Assembly (NCBI GenBank): GCA_964304625.1
Contig: OZ199838.1
Span: 9,575,245-9,639,244, forward strand
DNA from: Kudoa neothunni
Taxonomy: Eukaryota > Animalia > Cnidaria
Reading direction: 5' to 3'
DNA: 64,000 bases
Of this stretch, positions 51,233 through 64,000 are shown one piece after another (the first letter of the stretch is position 1; every line of letters starts with the position of its first letter). Below the pieces are notes generated by a model. That model worked only from the letters and a program-made list of their open reading frames with translations, was not told the origin of the DNA and searched no databases. The position numbers were made by a program, and so were the translations under genes.

Positions 51233-52832
51233 TCTAAATATGTAACCGAATAACAAATAATCCCTTATTGGTCAACGTATCTTGTGTTTGAATCAACCAA
51301 TCATTGAATGTTTATTGAATTATTATATCTTTGAATTTACATTATATTTGTTATTTCTATATACTGAATCAATTTATTATTATTGTTTAACAGATTATAT
51401 AATCGCAAATAATCGCATCAATTTATGTTAGTTGTATATCGTAGAAATTTGACTAAACAACTTTTTTGAATGATTATTTATTTAAGGAAAATGTTCTAAT
51501 TTTTTTAAAAATGACTCATATATTTATTTTATGAAAATATTTAAGTTATCATCTAATAAAAATCAATGTAATATTACATTTACTCTCGAAAAAATTTTCA
51601 AAATAAATGATATACAATTCAAATAATATAATAAATAGTCGAATGAGATAATCCTTCAATTTAATATAGATTAATTTTTGAGGATCAGTTAATCTTCGCA
51701 TTTGAATATTTCTCGAGTAATAAAATTACGTTCGGATGCTATTAATTTGGTCAGCGAAACCTCCTTTGAGTCAATACGGAATATGTTAATAAGAATACAT
51801 TAATTCATCTAATATGAGGATTCATCCATCTATCTTCTTTTACTAATTTTTAGACCTATCCCGAAAATAAGGCCTAGTGATGGTATTTGTGAAATAAGAT
51901 TTTAACCCTCCGAGTGAAATGGGGGTATTTCCATCCCAAACGATTATTTATGGCAATCTTTCTCATTACAAACGGGACAAATAAAATTCATGTTTTTGCT
52001 AATCTCCTATATTTACATAGTACGAAAAGGGAGAATAAAATTTTAATTTTTGTATTATGATTTAAATTAACGCTAAACAACCTTCGAGTAAAATTGAGGT
52101 AGTAATACACCTCAAGGTGTTTTTGACAAAACTTTTAACAATATTTTGAGAAATATGTTTAGAACATTTAATATAATTGTAGTCATTAAATTACTCCTAA
52201 ATCAATGGCGGGCAAATAGAACAATTATTTTTTATTTTAAATATATTTCAAATCAAATAGGTGCCATTACTTGAGAAAATGTTTTTACGCAATAAGAATA
52301 AAATACACAATGTAGATTGATAAATATAAAATTTTGTCTAGATTTGCAATGAAAGAGCTAACGGACCGCACTGGAACCCATCATGGCCGTAGTTTGCACA
52401 CTTTTGAGTTAGTTCATAATTAGCTATTCATACGTAAACAAATTAAGGGTTGGCTTAAACCTTTTAAATAAAGTGGAGTGCGTTTCGACCCTAAGCAGTC
52501 TATAGAATTATTTTTTAAAATTAAAAGGTTAAATCTATTTGATTTTGACCTCATGTAATCCTCTGTATTGTAGAGATCTTTAGAAAAATATAATAGAGTG
52601 TTCATATTTGACTAAAGAAATGCGTATTCAATGTTACAAATTAATCAAACAATAAAACATTATATAAATATATTAAGTTAATTTTTCATTAATAGTAATA
52701 TGTCAAAATAAATATATTTTTACCTTTCTGAGGATGATTATATTAGGTATGTATACATTTCCAATTAAAATTCACTATTAAGTTCCAACTTAGGAGACAA
52801 TTTATCAAATAACGCTTAGTAATATCCTTGAA

Positions 52833-54490
52833 CCCTCTAAGTATAATTGGGGTCTTTGGACCCCACGATTTTTTTTCATCTAATTATCCAAAATATTGAT
52901 TTAAACGTTTGGGAAACTTTGTAAAAATTCTATCGCGTAAATATATTTTTATTTCATGAATATCATATCTTAATCTGCATAGCGCATGTACCATAATTAA
53001 TTTCGATGGTGTGTTCAGGTGATCTGAATAGTGATTACTCAGATACCGAGTCATCAGATTCATTTTCTTCGTTTCATGATTATTTATCATTAGGAAAATT
53101 TGATATTTGTACAGATATACAATTTAACTCATTAATACACAAGAACGGAACGTTATGGTCGATGAACCCGCCGTTGGCATCTAAAACACGTGTTGCAAAT
53201 ATTATGAATAGTCGTCCTGGTGTCTTTCCGTTTTTATTACAAAATAAAATTGATACTTTCAGAATATTATTTAGTTCTATTATGTACACCATTATTTTAT
53301 AATATACTAGTGCATGGGTGCAAAAATTTTTGGTGATAGATGGATCGAATTGGATGGGTTCATTAGCTGTTTATTTCTGATGGGATTTCACAGGGATAAT
53401 CGAGAATCGGTTAGAGATATTTGGGTTAGAAGAAGGAAAGATATATCGTGATTTATTCTCATTACATAAATCTCTCTAAATAATACGAGTTTCACATTTT
53501 GATGGTGTGGAAAATATTGAGGTAACAAAATAATCCGGAAATATTTGCCATGTTGGCGAACTACGACATATTTAGGTGGGTTTCTCACTCGTCGTTTCCG
53601 CCCTAACGAACGTTTCAAGCGTATCTGTTACTTGTTTTATGCAATAGTCTATGCTAGGATTATGATGTTTTTGATCACTTTAAGCGAAAATTAAATAAAG
53701 AATTAATTCTACTAAATGAGCTGAATTTTGAGTTGTGTTTATAGAAAGTGTGCGATCTCAGAAGTAATATATGCGCTGTGGTTAAAATATTTCTTTAGCA
53801 TTCGCACATGCGCGCATAATATTACATGCAGGGTTGCCAGCGGGATTTTAGAAAAAACCCCAAGGTCGAGAAAAACGCTAGTCTAAAGTACAACGAAAAA
53901 TAGAATCATATCTATTAAAGTTTTTAATCATCCGAGTCCTCAAATACGTCTACAGATATTAAATTTAAATTTATCGTCGTATTATTGCAATTTATTGGCG
54001 CGAACATCCACTCATACATAATGTCTAATATAGATCAATATGCTCACAATGAATCAATTCATTCATTCATAGTTCAAGATATATTTTGAAATAACGTTAA
54101 ATTTTCTAATAATGTGCGACAATGTTAACTGAACAATTGTGCAAACGTGCCACGTTAAACAACCTATTGTGCTGTCGTTCAATATCGTAAATGTTTAAAC
54201 CCTGTACGATATAATCTGAGTACGATACGTTATTAAAAATATAAATATTAATGTCGCACATAATAAAATTTGTGTTATTATTCAATGTTTACAGGTTTTC
54301 AATAAAAACCCAAGGTCTTGGGGAAAAACCAAGCAGTGGACGCCCTGATTACATGATGTCATTTGTGAAATTACTGAATATATGATCGATCAAATATTTT
54401 AAAAACTTCTAAAAATATATACTATAATTTTTTCAAATATTTACCAAATAAAAACATGGGGTCTTTTGGACCCTAATTATACCTGGAGGG
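52833..54490 (+). mobile_element. Deleted piggyBac-type element, possibly inside an older one spanning about 51906-54516
   Basis: TIRs are CCCTCTAAGTATAATTGGGGTC and GACCCTAATTATACCTGGAGGG. An N-terminal transposase relic lies at 53006-53450 (KNGTLWS..P...KTRVANI....PG; GF...L.LMG). The TTAA flanks are degenerate. Confidence 0.65.
53829..54347. mobile_element. 519-bp hAT-type MITE
   Basis: Ends are CAGGGTTGCCA ... TGGACGCCCTG. The 8-bp TSD ATTACATG is perfect (53821-53828 and 54348-54355). AAAAACCCAAGGTC is repeated near both ends. Confidence 0.85.
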
Positions 54491-55170
54491 TGTAAATTTT
54501 CATGTGACTTAATAGGTTAATAAAATAGAATTTCCGGTGGAAAAATACATATAGTTATCATAGTTACGGTAGGTAACCACTTTTACATAATCCCTTCGGG
54601 GCCGGATAAAAACTGTGTAAAACTAGCCACTTAACCCAGGGTTCACCAAAGTACGGCCGGCGGTGTCCCGCTTAACATTCGAATGGACTTACGCACGAAA
54701 AATTGCGTTGATTTACTTGAAGACTATCAATGCATTACTTTAGTAGATGAATGGTAATTAAAAATACCCATTTAATTCCTTGAACGTTTTTATTTTATCT
54801 TAACTGTAACAAACGAGATTATTGGAACACTAATATATCAAGCTCCTGAACGTAAACGTACGAGTCGATAAGGTACATTTTTAAGGTTTATCTGATTCCT
54901 ATGCTTCCGATAATTTAAAATTCTTAATTATTTAAAGTTAGGAATTAAATTCGTTAACTCTAATTTTTAACATGGTTGAGTTTAATTAATTTGATACCAG
55001 AAATATAAAATGATGAAGCAATAACCATCTTTCCTCAGATATTTACTGGCATCAAATACATTATTTTACAAAATTGTGTGATTATCTGTAATTGATGATG
55101 AATAAAAAATTTTAAATCGACAAATGAACACGTTATTAGCATCTACACAACTTGAGTATGATTGAATTAA

Positions 55171-58100
55171 CCCTTCCGGTACCAACTGGGGTATTTAAGT
55201 GACCCCATATTATCTATTTTGTTTCTAAATCCAAAAATCAGCTTCTGATAGTCTTCAAAATTTCAGAATACCTCAATTACTATTATTTCGATATTTTGAT
55301 GAAAATATTTTTTACAATATAATTAAATCTAATGAATAGATTCAAAAATAATACTAGAGTTAATTTTTAATGCATCGGATTAGTTTTCTAATGTTACATA
55401 TTTGTTTTATAAATATCAAAAATAGCTTTATCACCCCGAAAATTTGATAATATCCGTTCTATTATATGAAAAAATGGTGCGCCTTTCTAAATATTACCGC
55501 CTCGCGGATTAACGAGGATTAATCCGATTACGCCACGCGCTTAACATTTCTTGTGGATGTTGAGGTAGCAATTGTTAAATAACTTTTTTTGAGACATCGG
55601 TAATATTTAGTATGAGACTAGACCAAACCATTGATGATGTTGAAAAACTTATTGAGGATTCTTCTTCTGTAGATAATGATAGTTGCTCAGAATACGAAAT
55701 ATCTGAATCAGATGATTGCGGTGAAGATGATTGTGTTATTAGTGATATAGATAGTGATGAAGATTTCCAAAGTGACGTTAAATTTGCTCATGAAAACCCG
55801 AATAATGATTCTATTTTTTCTTCCCCGTCTGGTCTTGAGTGGTCCAAAAGAATTTGTTCGAAAACGAAAACTAAATCACACAACATCGTTACTTCATCCT
55901 CAGGCATTTTAGATGAGGCAAACAATATAACGTCCATTTTTGATGCCTTTGAATTGTTTATGTCGGATGATATAATTAATGAGATAGTAAAATACAGCAA
56001 CAAGTACTGCGAAGAAACTAACCCAGAGACACACACGACAATAACTAAAAATGAAATAAAAGCATTTATAGGCATATTAATCGCTGCTGGGCGTTCAAAT
56101 GGTAAGATGCTTGCTCATAGGAATATGTGGGATGGTAGTCCATTATTCAAACAATTATTCTTCCCCACAGTGATGTCCAGAAACAGATTCACTTATATTT
56201 ATAGAAAAATCCGTTTTGACGATAAAGCAAATAGAATTTATCGGTTTCAAATTACAAACGACAAATTCGAACCTTGCCGCCAAATTTTCGATCTGTTTAA
56301 TGAAAATTGCTTGAAATATTATTCACCAGGCACGCATATTACAGTGGATGAAAGGTTAGTAAGGTTTAGGAGTAAATGTCCGTTTCGGGTATACATGAAG
56401 AGCAAGCCCGGACGATTCGGGATCAAACTTTGGGTGGCTGCAGACGTAGAAACGTCATACCTATTAAACATTCAACCGTATAATGGGGAGATCGGTGGAA
56501 CAAGGGAAATAAATCAGGCTGAAAATGTTGTCACAAGACTTGTCTCTCCATTTTATAGAACTGGCCGAGGAGTGACCGTAGACAACTTTTTTACGTCCGT
56601 TTCTTTAGCCACGAAACTCTTCAAAGAAAACCTGACATTGACAGGGACAATTAGGTCGAATAAACGCGATATCCCCAAAGAATTTTTAAAATCGCCACGC
56701 CGAGAGGTTTTCTCCTCTCTGTTCGGGTTTTCTGGTCATCTTTCACTTTCTTCCTATGTACCCAAAAAGAACTATGCGGTCAATATATTGTCTACCGAAT
56801 TTCATGATTCTTCAACAGAAGGCACATATAGAAAAAGACCAACGGTGATTCTTCACTATAACAAAACCAAAGGTGGTGTTGATAATGGGGATAAAATGAC
56901 CCAGTCATACTCCTGTTCGCGACCTACTCGTAGATGGCCACTGAAGATTTTCATGGAAATCATTGACATGGCTGCGTTGAACGCATATATTATTTGGATC
57001 CAAAAAAATTCTGATTGGAAAAAAAATGATCGTAGCAAGCGACAGAAATTTCTTCGCGAGCTTGCTATAGAATTGGCAACACCCAATGTAGCATATCGTC
57101 GTGAGAATTCCCATACTCTTCAATCCCACATAAAGTATGGTTTCCAATTTTTTGAAATCTCTATCAATAATGACGATTTGACGATATCTGAATCAAATTC
57201 CACTTAACAATCAAAGAGAAATAGATGTCATTTTTGTCCTCGGAGGGATAAAAAATCCAGCCTGAGATATTTCAACTGCTTCAAATTTGTTTGCATAAAA
57301 CATATAGTAAAAAGGAATATTATTTATTGTTTGGATTGTACCAATTCATTGGAATAAATCGTGTTAATATATTTTTTTTGGCATATACTTGCAGATTATA
57401 AATTATACACAAATTTTCACTAATAATTGAGTGCAGGGTGTCGTTCATTTTACGATCTCTAGTGCATTAACATTTATGACATATATAATTTAATCTATTA
57501 TAATAAATAAATTCTACCAAAGGCTCAACACATTTGCAATTTTTGAATTTATACACAGTCATGCCATTTGGGAGAAAAAATATCGGCCTGTTGAAAAAAC
57601 GAATAAAATTAACCTCGCTACAGAGGAAAGAATAATTTTGTTTACAAAATAATTCTCTACTTTGAGAAATTTTACCAAATATGACTCGTAAAATTAAGAA
57701 AATATCTACATAAAAGTAGATATTCTAATTTCTGTTTTCGCTACTATTTTGCGAATTTCAAAAATAATAAAATAATGACAAGGCGAAAGTGATTTTGTTG
57801 TACAAATAAATATTAAAAATAATTACGTACAAATATGACAGATATGTTGAATATTATTTTTGGTGCCTTAAACACTGATGCTCAAATAATGCAAACTGAA
57901 GTCACTGCGTCACTCATTGTTTAAAAATATTATCATTTTGTGTATTATTCCATGGATGTAACACTATTGACACGGCAAATAATATTTAGAGGTCACTAAT
58001 TTCGGCTATATTTAATTATTTATATCACATCGCTTCGCCTTTGCCTGTCAGGAATAATTAAATAGAGCAGATTTTAAACGATTAAATCTATACAAAGTTT

Positions 58101-58682
58101 GTGAGTAAGAGTCGCTGAGATAAAAAATTTATATTGAGTAAGCGTACATGCAGTTTATGACTAAATTTTGTGTCTATAGCATCTGCCTACTAAAATTTAG
58201 GAAATAATATAGATCAGCATTGGATAATAGAAGTCTTCGCTCATATAGCTTAAATTTGATCAAAGCGGCAATCACACCGATCCATCATTAGCTACGGATT
58301 CACCGACTTATACCGAAAAGCGATGAGTATTTAATTGCTGTGATGGTCGTTGTTTTTTCTAATTATTCTTAATTTTTTGATCATTAGTCTTCCATATATC
58401 CTGTTTCGGCATAAAACTGATAATATTTGCTATTTATGCTACATTTTGATGCATTTGTATCATTGTCTGTGCAATGGTTTTCGTAATGAACAAAATGATT
58501 TATGTATAGGTCAAATAATAAAAACTAATTTTATTGGGCATGAATTATCATATTTGTGTCTCTTATTTTTGGTGAAATAGTTTCTAGCAGATTGAACAAG
58601 TTTAAGGTGTAATTCGGCTGGGGTACGTTAGTGACCCCAGTTGGTCACCCACGTTCTGTTATCGTAGTTGGTACAGGAAGGG
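55171..58682 (+). mobile_element. Near-intact piggyBac transposon (3.5 kb)
   Basis: Structure is TTAA-CCCTTCCGGTACCAACT ... AGTTGGTACAGGAAGGG-TTAA (16/17 TIR identity). Confidence 0.95.
55612..57207 (+). CDS. piggyBac transposase (PGBD4-like), 531 aa; the Cys-rich domain follows in frame after the stop (57208-57357)
   Basis: Acidic N-terminus, MSRNRF, TVDE, KPGRFGIK, VDNFFTS, YNKTKGGVDNGD, RRWP. Confidence 0.93.
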   Translation: MRLDQTIDDVEKLIEDSSSVDNDSCSEYEISESDDCGEDDCVISDIDSDEDFQSDVKFAHENPNNDSIFSSPSGLEWSKRICSKTKTKSHNIVTSSSGILDEANNITSIFDAFELFMSDDIINEIVKYSNKYCEETNPETHTTITKNEIKAFIGILIAAGRSNGKMLAHRNMWDGSPLFKQLFFPTVMSRNRFTYIYRKIRFDDKANRIYRFQITNDKFEPCRQIFDLFNENCLKYYSPGTHITVDERLVRFRSKCPFRVYMKSKPGRFGIKLWVAADVETSYLLNIQPYNGEIGGTREINQAENVVTRLVSPFYRTGRGVTVDNFFTSVSLATKLFKENLTLTGTIRSNKRDIPKEFLKSPRREVFSSLFGFSGHLSLSSYVPKKNYAVNILSTEFHDSSTEGTYRKRPTVILHYNKTKGGVDNGDKMTQSYSCSRPTRRWPLKIFMEIIDMAALNAYIIWIQKNSDWKKNDRSKRQKFLRELAIELATPNVAYRRENSHTLQSHIKYGFQFFEISINNDDLTISESNST

Positions 58683-60587
58683 TTAATAAACTTGGAATTT
58701 TATGCCTGAAAAAATTGTGCTTCTTCATTACAACCATAGATTTAGCCAACTTCCCTTTTTTTTAATTATAAAGTAGACAATGGATGGTTCGTAATCCCAT
58801 GAGGGACCTCAAAATTGAAATATACCAAATCCTGTCACAGGAATCAGTTAATTGTTTCACATTCAAATACAAATTCATTATTTGGTTATATTTATATTAT
58901 TTTTGTTTCATTTTTGTGACAGCTTATCGAAAAAAAAATTTTTTATTCGGCTCTCAAAGCTTGTGAAAATCAAAAATTTGGCCCGCCCGCTAAAAACCTT
59001 GGTGACCCCTAATTTAACCAATTTTACATAGTTTGGGCGTGCGTATGTATAATACGAATACGGCATTGACTATTGCAACGTGAGGGATTAACTCCAAATC
59101 TAAGAACCCAATTAAAATTTGAAATTTAGATTCGTAATTTATGATTTTTGGTCTGACACAATTAAGCATTTTGGAGAAAATTTGAGATATTGAAATTTCT
59201 ATTATTGTGACTAAATTTCGTGTTTTATGTTTTGGTATGCGTAATGTTAAATACATACTTCAAGTTTTTACTAATAAAGGTTTCTTTAACTAAAAAACCA
59301 AATATCAGACATTGTGTTTTATGTATATAAATGTCCATCCTATCACCTCTGATTGTACCTAATACGTTTAATCTAGCTCAGCTAATGTAATCTGTTAAAA
59401 TATGCTTAACTATGTTTTTATAAAATGAAATAATTGTATTTGCTATATATATGATTTATAGATTATATTTATATCGCTATTATTACATATTTACAACAGG
59501 GGTTGGAAAAATTAATTGCAATTATGATAATGTTAATTGATAAATTAAATGGAAATTCTTTTTTATTATAATTGTTTTTATTTTGGAATCCATTCATCTG
59601 TGTTATATATTTTGCAGCATCCTGTAAGTAACGATCGATAATTTTCCGATTTTCATTCTTGTTTAAATTGTAATCTACATCCATTAGTCTTAACTCACTA
59701 AATGATATTTTATAAATAAACGATTTTTCTCTTAATCGTAGAGTACAATAGTTAACCGATTTTCCGCACTTTTGGAAATCTTACAATAAACGTTCTAGAA
59801 ACGTTCTAATTTTCAAAGAATCATTATAACTCCCTTTTGTTAGAATATTTGTGAAATTTCAAACTAATAAAATGTTTTTATCCCTGATTTTTCGCACATT
59901 TTTTCCACCTTTAATCCTATTTTTGCTTTGATGAGCATACAATAAAAATAATTTTCCTTTAGTTGGATAGGAAACTTGTATATTGTATTTATATTTTCCA
60001 TCTCATTCTCCTTGAAACTGTTTTTTTAATAATAGAATTTTGTTATCTTTGATAAATGTACATAATGCTTTACGATAATTCGAACTTCCGCATGGATACA
60101 AATCCCATTTACAAACATTTACTGGCTACTTTATCGTGTTATTTCCTTTATTTACTGAAGGGATTCTACGTCAAGAGAAATACCAGAATTATAATAAAGT
60201 AATAATTCTAATTTTAATATATGTAGCCATATTAATAATAATTAATGTAAACGTATTGACGAGAATTCATTTTTAAGGGAGCATGTCGCACATCCTATAA
60301 TTTAGATTGGTTCATAATGACCTCTAATTATACTGTAAATTGAATGTGATATATTATTTAATAATATAATTTAAATAAAATGAGGGTGGAATAACATAGT
60401 TGTATAAATTTGTAGGGCCAAACTTTATTTTCCCTGTGGCGCGCGCATAAAAAATCGGTTATATACTGTAAATATATTTTGCTTGTTATACTTCATTCGG
60501 ATCAGATAATAAATCTTCGTATCAAATGTCAGATTCACATGACCTAATTTGGATTAGTGGTAACGATTAACTCTTAAAAGCCTTCTA

Positions 60588-61359
60588 CAGTCAGTGACCG
60601 GTTTTACGCACTTTTTTCGGAACATTTTTGAAAAAAATAGATGAATTTTGTTTAATATTCAAAAGAATTAAATGAAAGGAAATCAAATCAAATCAAATTA
60701 AAACATGAAATAATAAAATACATCCACAATATTTCCCCCAAGCAGCCAAATTTGTTACTATAAAGCACCAGGCATATCCTCCATATCCAACCCCAATGGC
60801 ACCTTAAAAACATAAATAAAAATTTTCCAATGATTGAACACAAACCGATTATTGTTTTTATTCGCGAATTTATTAAAATGGGTTTAAAAACTTATCTATG
60901 TTTGACAAAAAAGATCGAACGATTACGATCGCGATGATGAAAGCTATATTTTAAAATATTTTGGCGACTTTTTTGGATCAAAATAACTAATTATTTTATT
61001 TCGAAATGAAAAAAATCATTTGCTTCCTAGTTGTATGCAATTCAATTATATTAAATAGCTATGTATATTATTATATGAACGCGCTAATATGTACGTAAAA
61101 CTAGACGTTACCAATTTCACACACATTTTTCCGAGAACCCGAAGGGATTACTCAATCCCGGTTAACGGCTATGCCTTCATTTAAAAAAGATTTAACGATT
61201 TTACAAAAATTTGCGCATTTTAATTATGTTATTTAATAAATAAATAATTTAATAATTTCTTGCAATGCGCAAGCGAATAAGTGAGTAAAACCGGAAGTGA
61301 CCAATTTTACACACGGGTTCCTGGTCCCAAGAGGGTTACGCAAAACCGGTCGCTGACTG
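60588..61359. mobile_element. Non-autonomous Tc1/mariner-type element (772 bp)
   Basis: Ends are TA-CAGTCAGTGACCGGTTTTACG ... CGCAAAACCGGTCGCTGACTG-TA (19/21 identical). A possible GAIG transposase scrap lies on the minus strand near 60790. Confidence 0.8.
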
Positions 61360-63682
61360 TATTGATTTTTTAACATAAACTGCTTATAATTTTGAATCAA
61401 GCTTCATGTCACATTAAAATTAGAAAATGACAAATATATATTCCGTTTTCATTAGAATTAAAATGTATTCGATCATATCTAATTTATTTTATAGATGGAC
61501 TTTAAAAATTAACATTTTTACTTCTTAATTCAGTCAAAAACCGCGTTAAATGAAACTTGTGATAATCTAACTCGCATTAGGCAAAACTTTTCTGTATTCG
61601 GGGCTTATAAACCTAAACTAAATAATTAATTAATATTAAAAATTAATCAATATTGTTTTTGGACACGTCAAAAAAGAGGGGATCACGGTTAAAATGTGAT
61701 AACATTGGAATTATAACCATTCCGATTCTATTGAGCAAAAATCATGTTAAACGTTTTTGTATTTTTTTATATAAATTAAAAAGTGTTTGTGCGTTGTTTT
61801 AAGATATTCACATTTGCTTAAAAATAAACAAGATCAAAAATCGAAGTATTTATGTCAATGTGCGCCACACTGCCCAAATATATCACCGTTATCCATGTCA
61901 CATCAACGGCCAGTATTTCCCACGTTCTACAAGAGCCGTTCATTAAACGCTCGAAGATTTCCATTCCCAACCAAAAATTTTCCACGCCCCCACGTTGGGA
62001 AATACTGACCAAAACCATATTTATATAATAACTCGCTGATTTCCAGTATACTCGCCAAAAATATACATTATAACCAGAAGATGACAACATAACTCATTAT
62101 TTAAAGCCGAATCCAATTTATTTGTTTTTTATAAATATTTAACGGAATACTCACCAGTAGAGGGTATCTCATCTGTTCACCCATAGATACATATATTTTT
62201 CAAATATTCCAAACTTTTTGCAATTTTTGTTAAACTATTGAATTAAATGGCGTATCTTAAAAAATTTATCAGCAGTGTCAACATTTGAATTATTATTAAA
62301 GTGAATATATTTTTTTAGATTTAACGCGTTTTATGTCATTGAACTTTTAACGAGTTAAACACCAACCTCTGGAGAAGATTCCAAATAAATAGACGGGCGT
62401 GCTAATCTATGATAACGAGACAAAATCAAAATGCCAATAAAACATTTCATTTCACAAATCGTAACGTAAAAGTCATGGTTGTTATTCTGACTCGCATAAA
62501 AATTAGTTTATTTACGATACATGTAAATACATTTTCGTCAGGTAACTCCAAAAAAGTTCCATACGAACTTAAGTTCCTTTCAAGCATTGATTCAAAATTA
62601 TCCATATTCCAATCGATTGATATAGTCTCATTCTGCCGCAAAAATTGTTATTTTTATTGAGAAGAAACGATATTAGTTTTTTCAGTCCATATCAAGGTAT
62701 CACCGTTCACGAAAGACTCAAACGCCTTAGAAAATACTTCAACTTCTCCTCACATCTAAGGAATTAATTGATGTCACATGTCTTTAAAATCGGATTCAAA
62801 ATTATCCTCAATATCCATAATAGAGTCGACTTTTTCATAAGGTAATAACACAAAATCAAACGACTCTAGATTTACGCTGTCTTCATACTCTTTAACACCA
62901 TCAAAAAGATTCGTATACGACTTTGGCTCCATTATACACTGAGATTTAAAGCAGCGCGCACAATTACCCCATCCGGGGTCTTCGTTGCGTTTTTTACAAA
63001 TAAATATTTACTCATTCCCCTTTGGTGCATTCATAGTCATATGTAGATATTAATTGATAAGTAACAGATGATATATTTATCACTATGAGTTTTATGATCT
63101 ACGTTAGGCAAAACTCTAGTTAATGTTTGTCTAATTGGAATTTCAAAAATAGCACATAAAATTATACTTTGTTCAATCCTAAAATATAAATCAACTACAA
63201 TAACACTTGTTTCCATAAATTATTATGTTTAAGGATCTGAAATAACATAATGCATTTAAAATATTCATTATAATTTTTTTAAATAATCAAATACATTTTT
63301 TTGCGAAAACGCAACGAAAGCCCTGAATGGGTTAATTAGGAAAAATCGTCTACGAAATCGTGTCATGAATATGAAGAAATTATCAATACTGTACCAATTA
63401 GTTTATTTAAAGATAATTCGCGTTGGTCTTAAAATTCATAATTGAATCGAACATAAAAACTTTCTCGATTTTATTTAACAACAACGGAAAAAAGGGATAC
63501 CTACGTTGCATCTCAAAAGACTCTGACAATTAAATAACCTGTTAGATAGCTTTCCATACAACACAAACTAACAAGTGATTCCATTCAATTTTATTTAATA
63601 CTTTCTGATGAGATTCAGAAGATGAATTAAGCTAGTTAATCTAATGAGCAATTGTTCAAAAGTAAATTTATATATTATAGTT

Positions 63683-63951
63683 TTATTTTTTCTTGGATAA
63701 CCCAGCACCAGCGTTGAATTTGAAGAAAATAATGTCACCATCGTGCACAACATATTGTTTACCCTCCTGTTTGTATTTACCAGCAGCCTAAAATAGAGTA
63801 AAAACAAATTCAAACGATGAATTATAACCTTAACAGCAGCTTCAGAACCAAGCTCTTTAAGATCATCAAACTTCATCACTTCTGCCATTATAAACCCTTT
63901 CTCAAAGTCAGAATGGATTTTTCCTGCAGCTTGAGGAGCTTTGGTTCCACG
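63683..63951 (-). CDS. OLA1: Obg-like ATPase 1 (YchF family), last two exons (63829-63951, 63683-63787); the gene continues beyond the window
   Basis: Translation [41 protein letters not shown]|[34 protein letters not shown], with a 41-bp GT-AG intron. Confidence 0.95.
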
Positions 63952-64000
63952 CTAATTATGAAGGTCAAAAATCAAATTTGAAAACATCACATATGTGAGT

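Noticed and set aside
54570-59011. hAT-like element enclosing the 55171-58682 piggyBac (right end CCTTGGTGACCCCTA)
   Set aside because: No convincing matching left TIR or TSD could be found.
61780-62100. Possible Tc1 transposase scrap (QRGG..FW.G) on the minus strand
   Set aside because: The similarity is too short and degenerate, and no termini were identified.

Overview
This window is AT-rich eukaryotic nuclear DNA from a metazoan (it carries a TGF-beta family ligand) with very short GT-AG introns, mostly 40-55 bp. No prokaryotic features, CRISPR arrays, rRNA or tRNA genes are visible. Compact host genes sit as islands among many nested transposons. Host genes recognised: the 3' end of an SLC7/LAT amino-acid transporter, PYM1/wibg, a 9-Cys activin/TGF-beta-type ligand, RNASEK, NDUFV3 and the 3' end of OLA1. 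Two orphan type-I membrane proteins are also present. The larger one (48138-51232, minus strand) is built from about 7 tandem FN3-like modules that share a 4-Cys pattern, plus a mucin-like insert, two micro-exons and a 4-5 aa tail; it is the best candidate for something undescribed. Mobile elements: a very young full-length Gypsy (Mag-like) LTR element, a second Gypsy inside a piggyBac, at least five piggyBac-type elements, an intron-containing ZSWIM3-like Mutator with TIRs and TSD, a Merlin nested in a Merlin, pogo/Tc1-type elements, hAT-type MITEs and BEL/Pao relics. Several otherwise intact reading frames break by one base at homopolymers, which most likely reflects assembly error. All family assignments come from motif recognition by eye, not from database searches.
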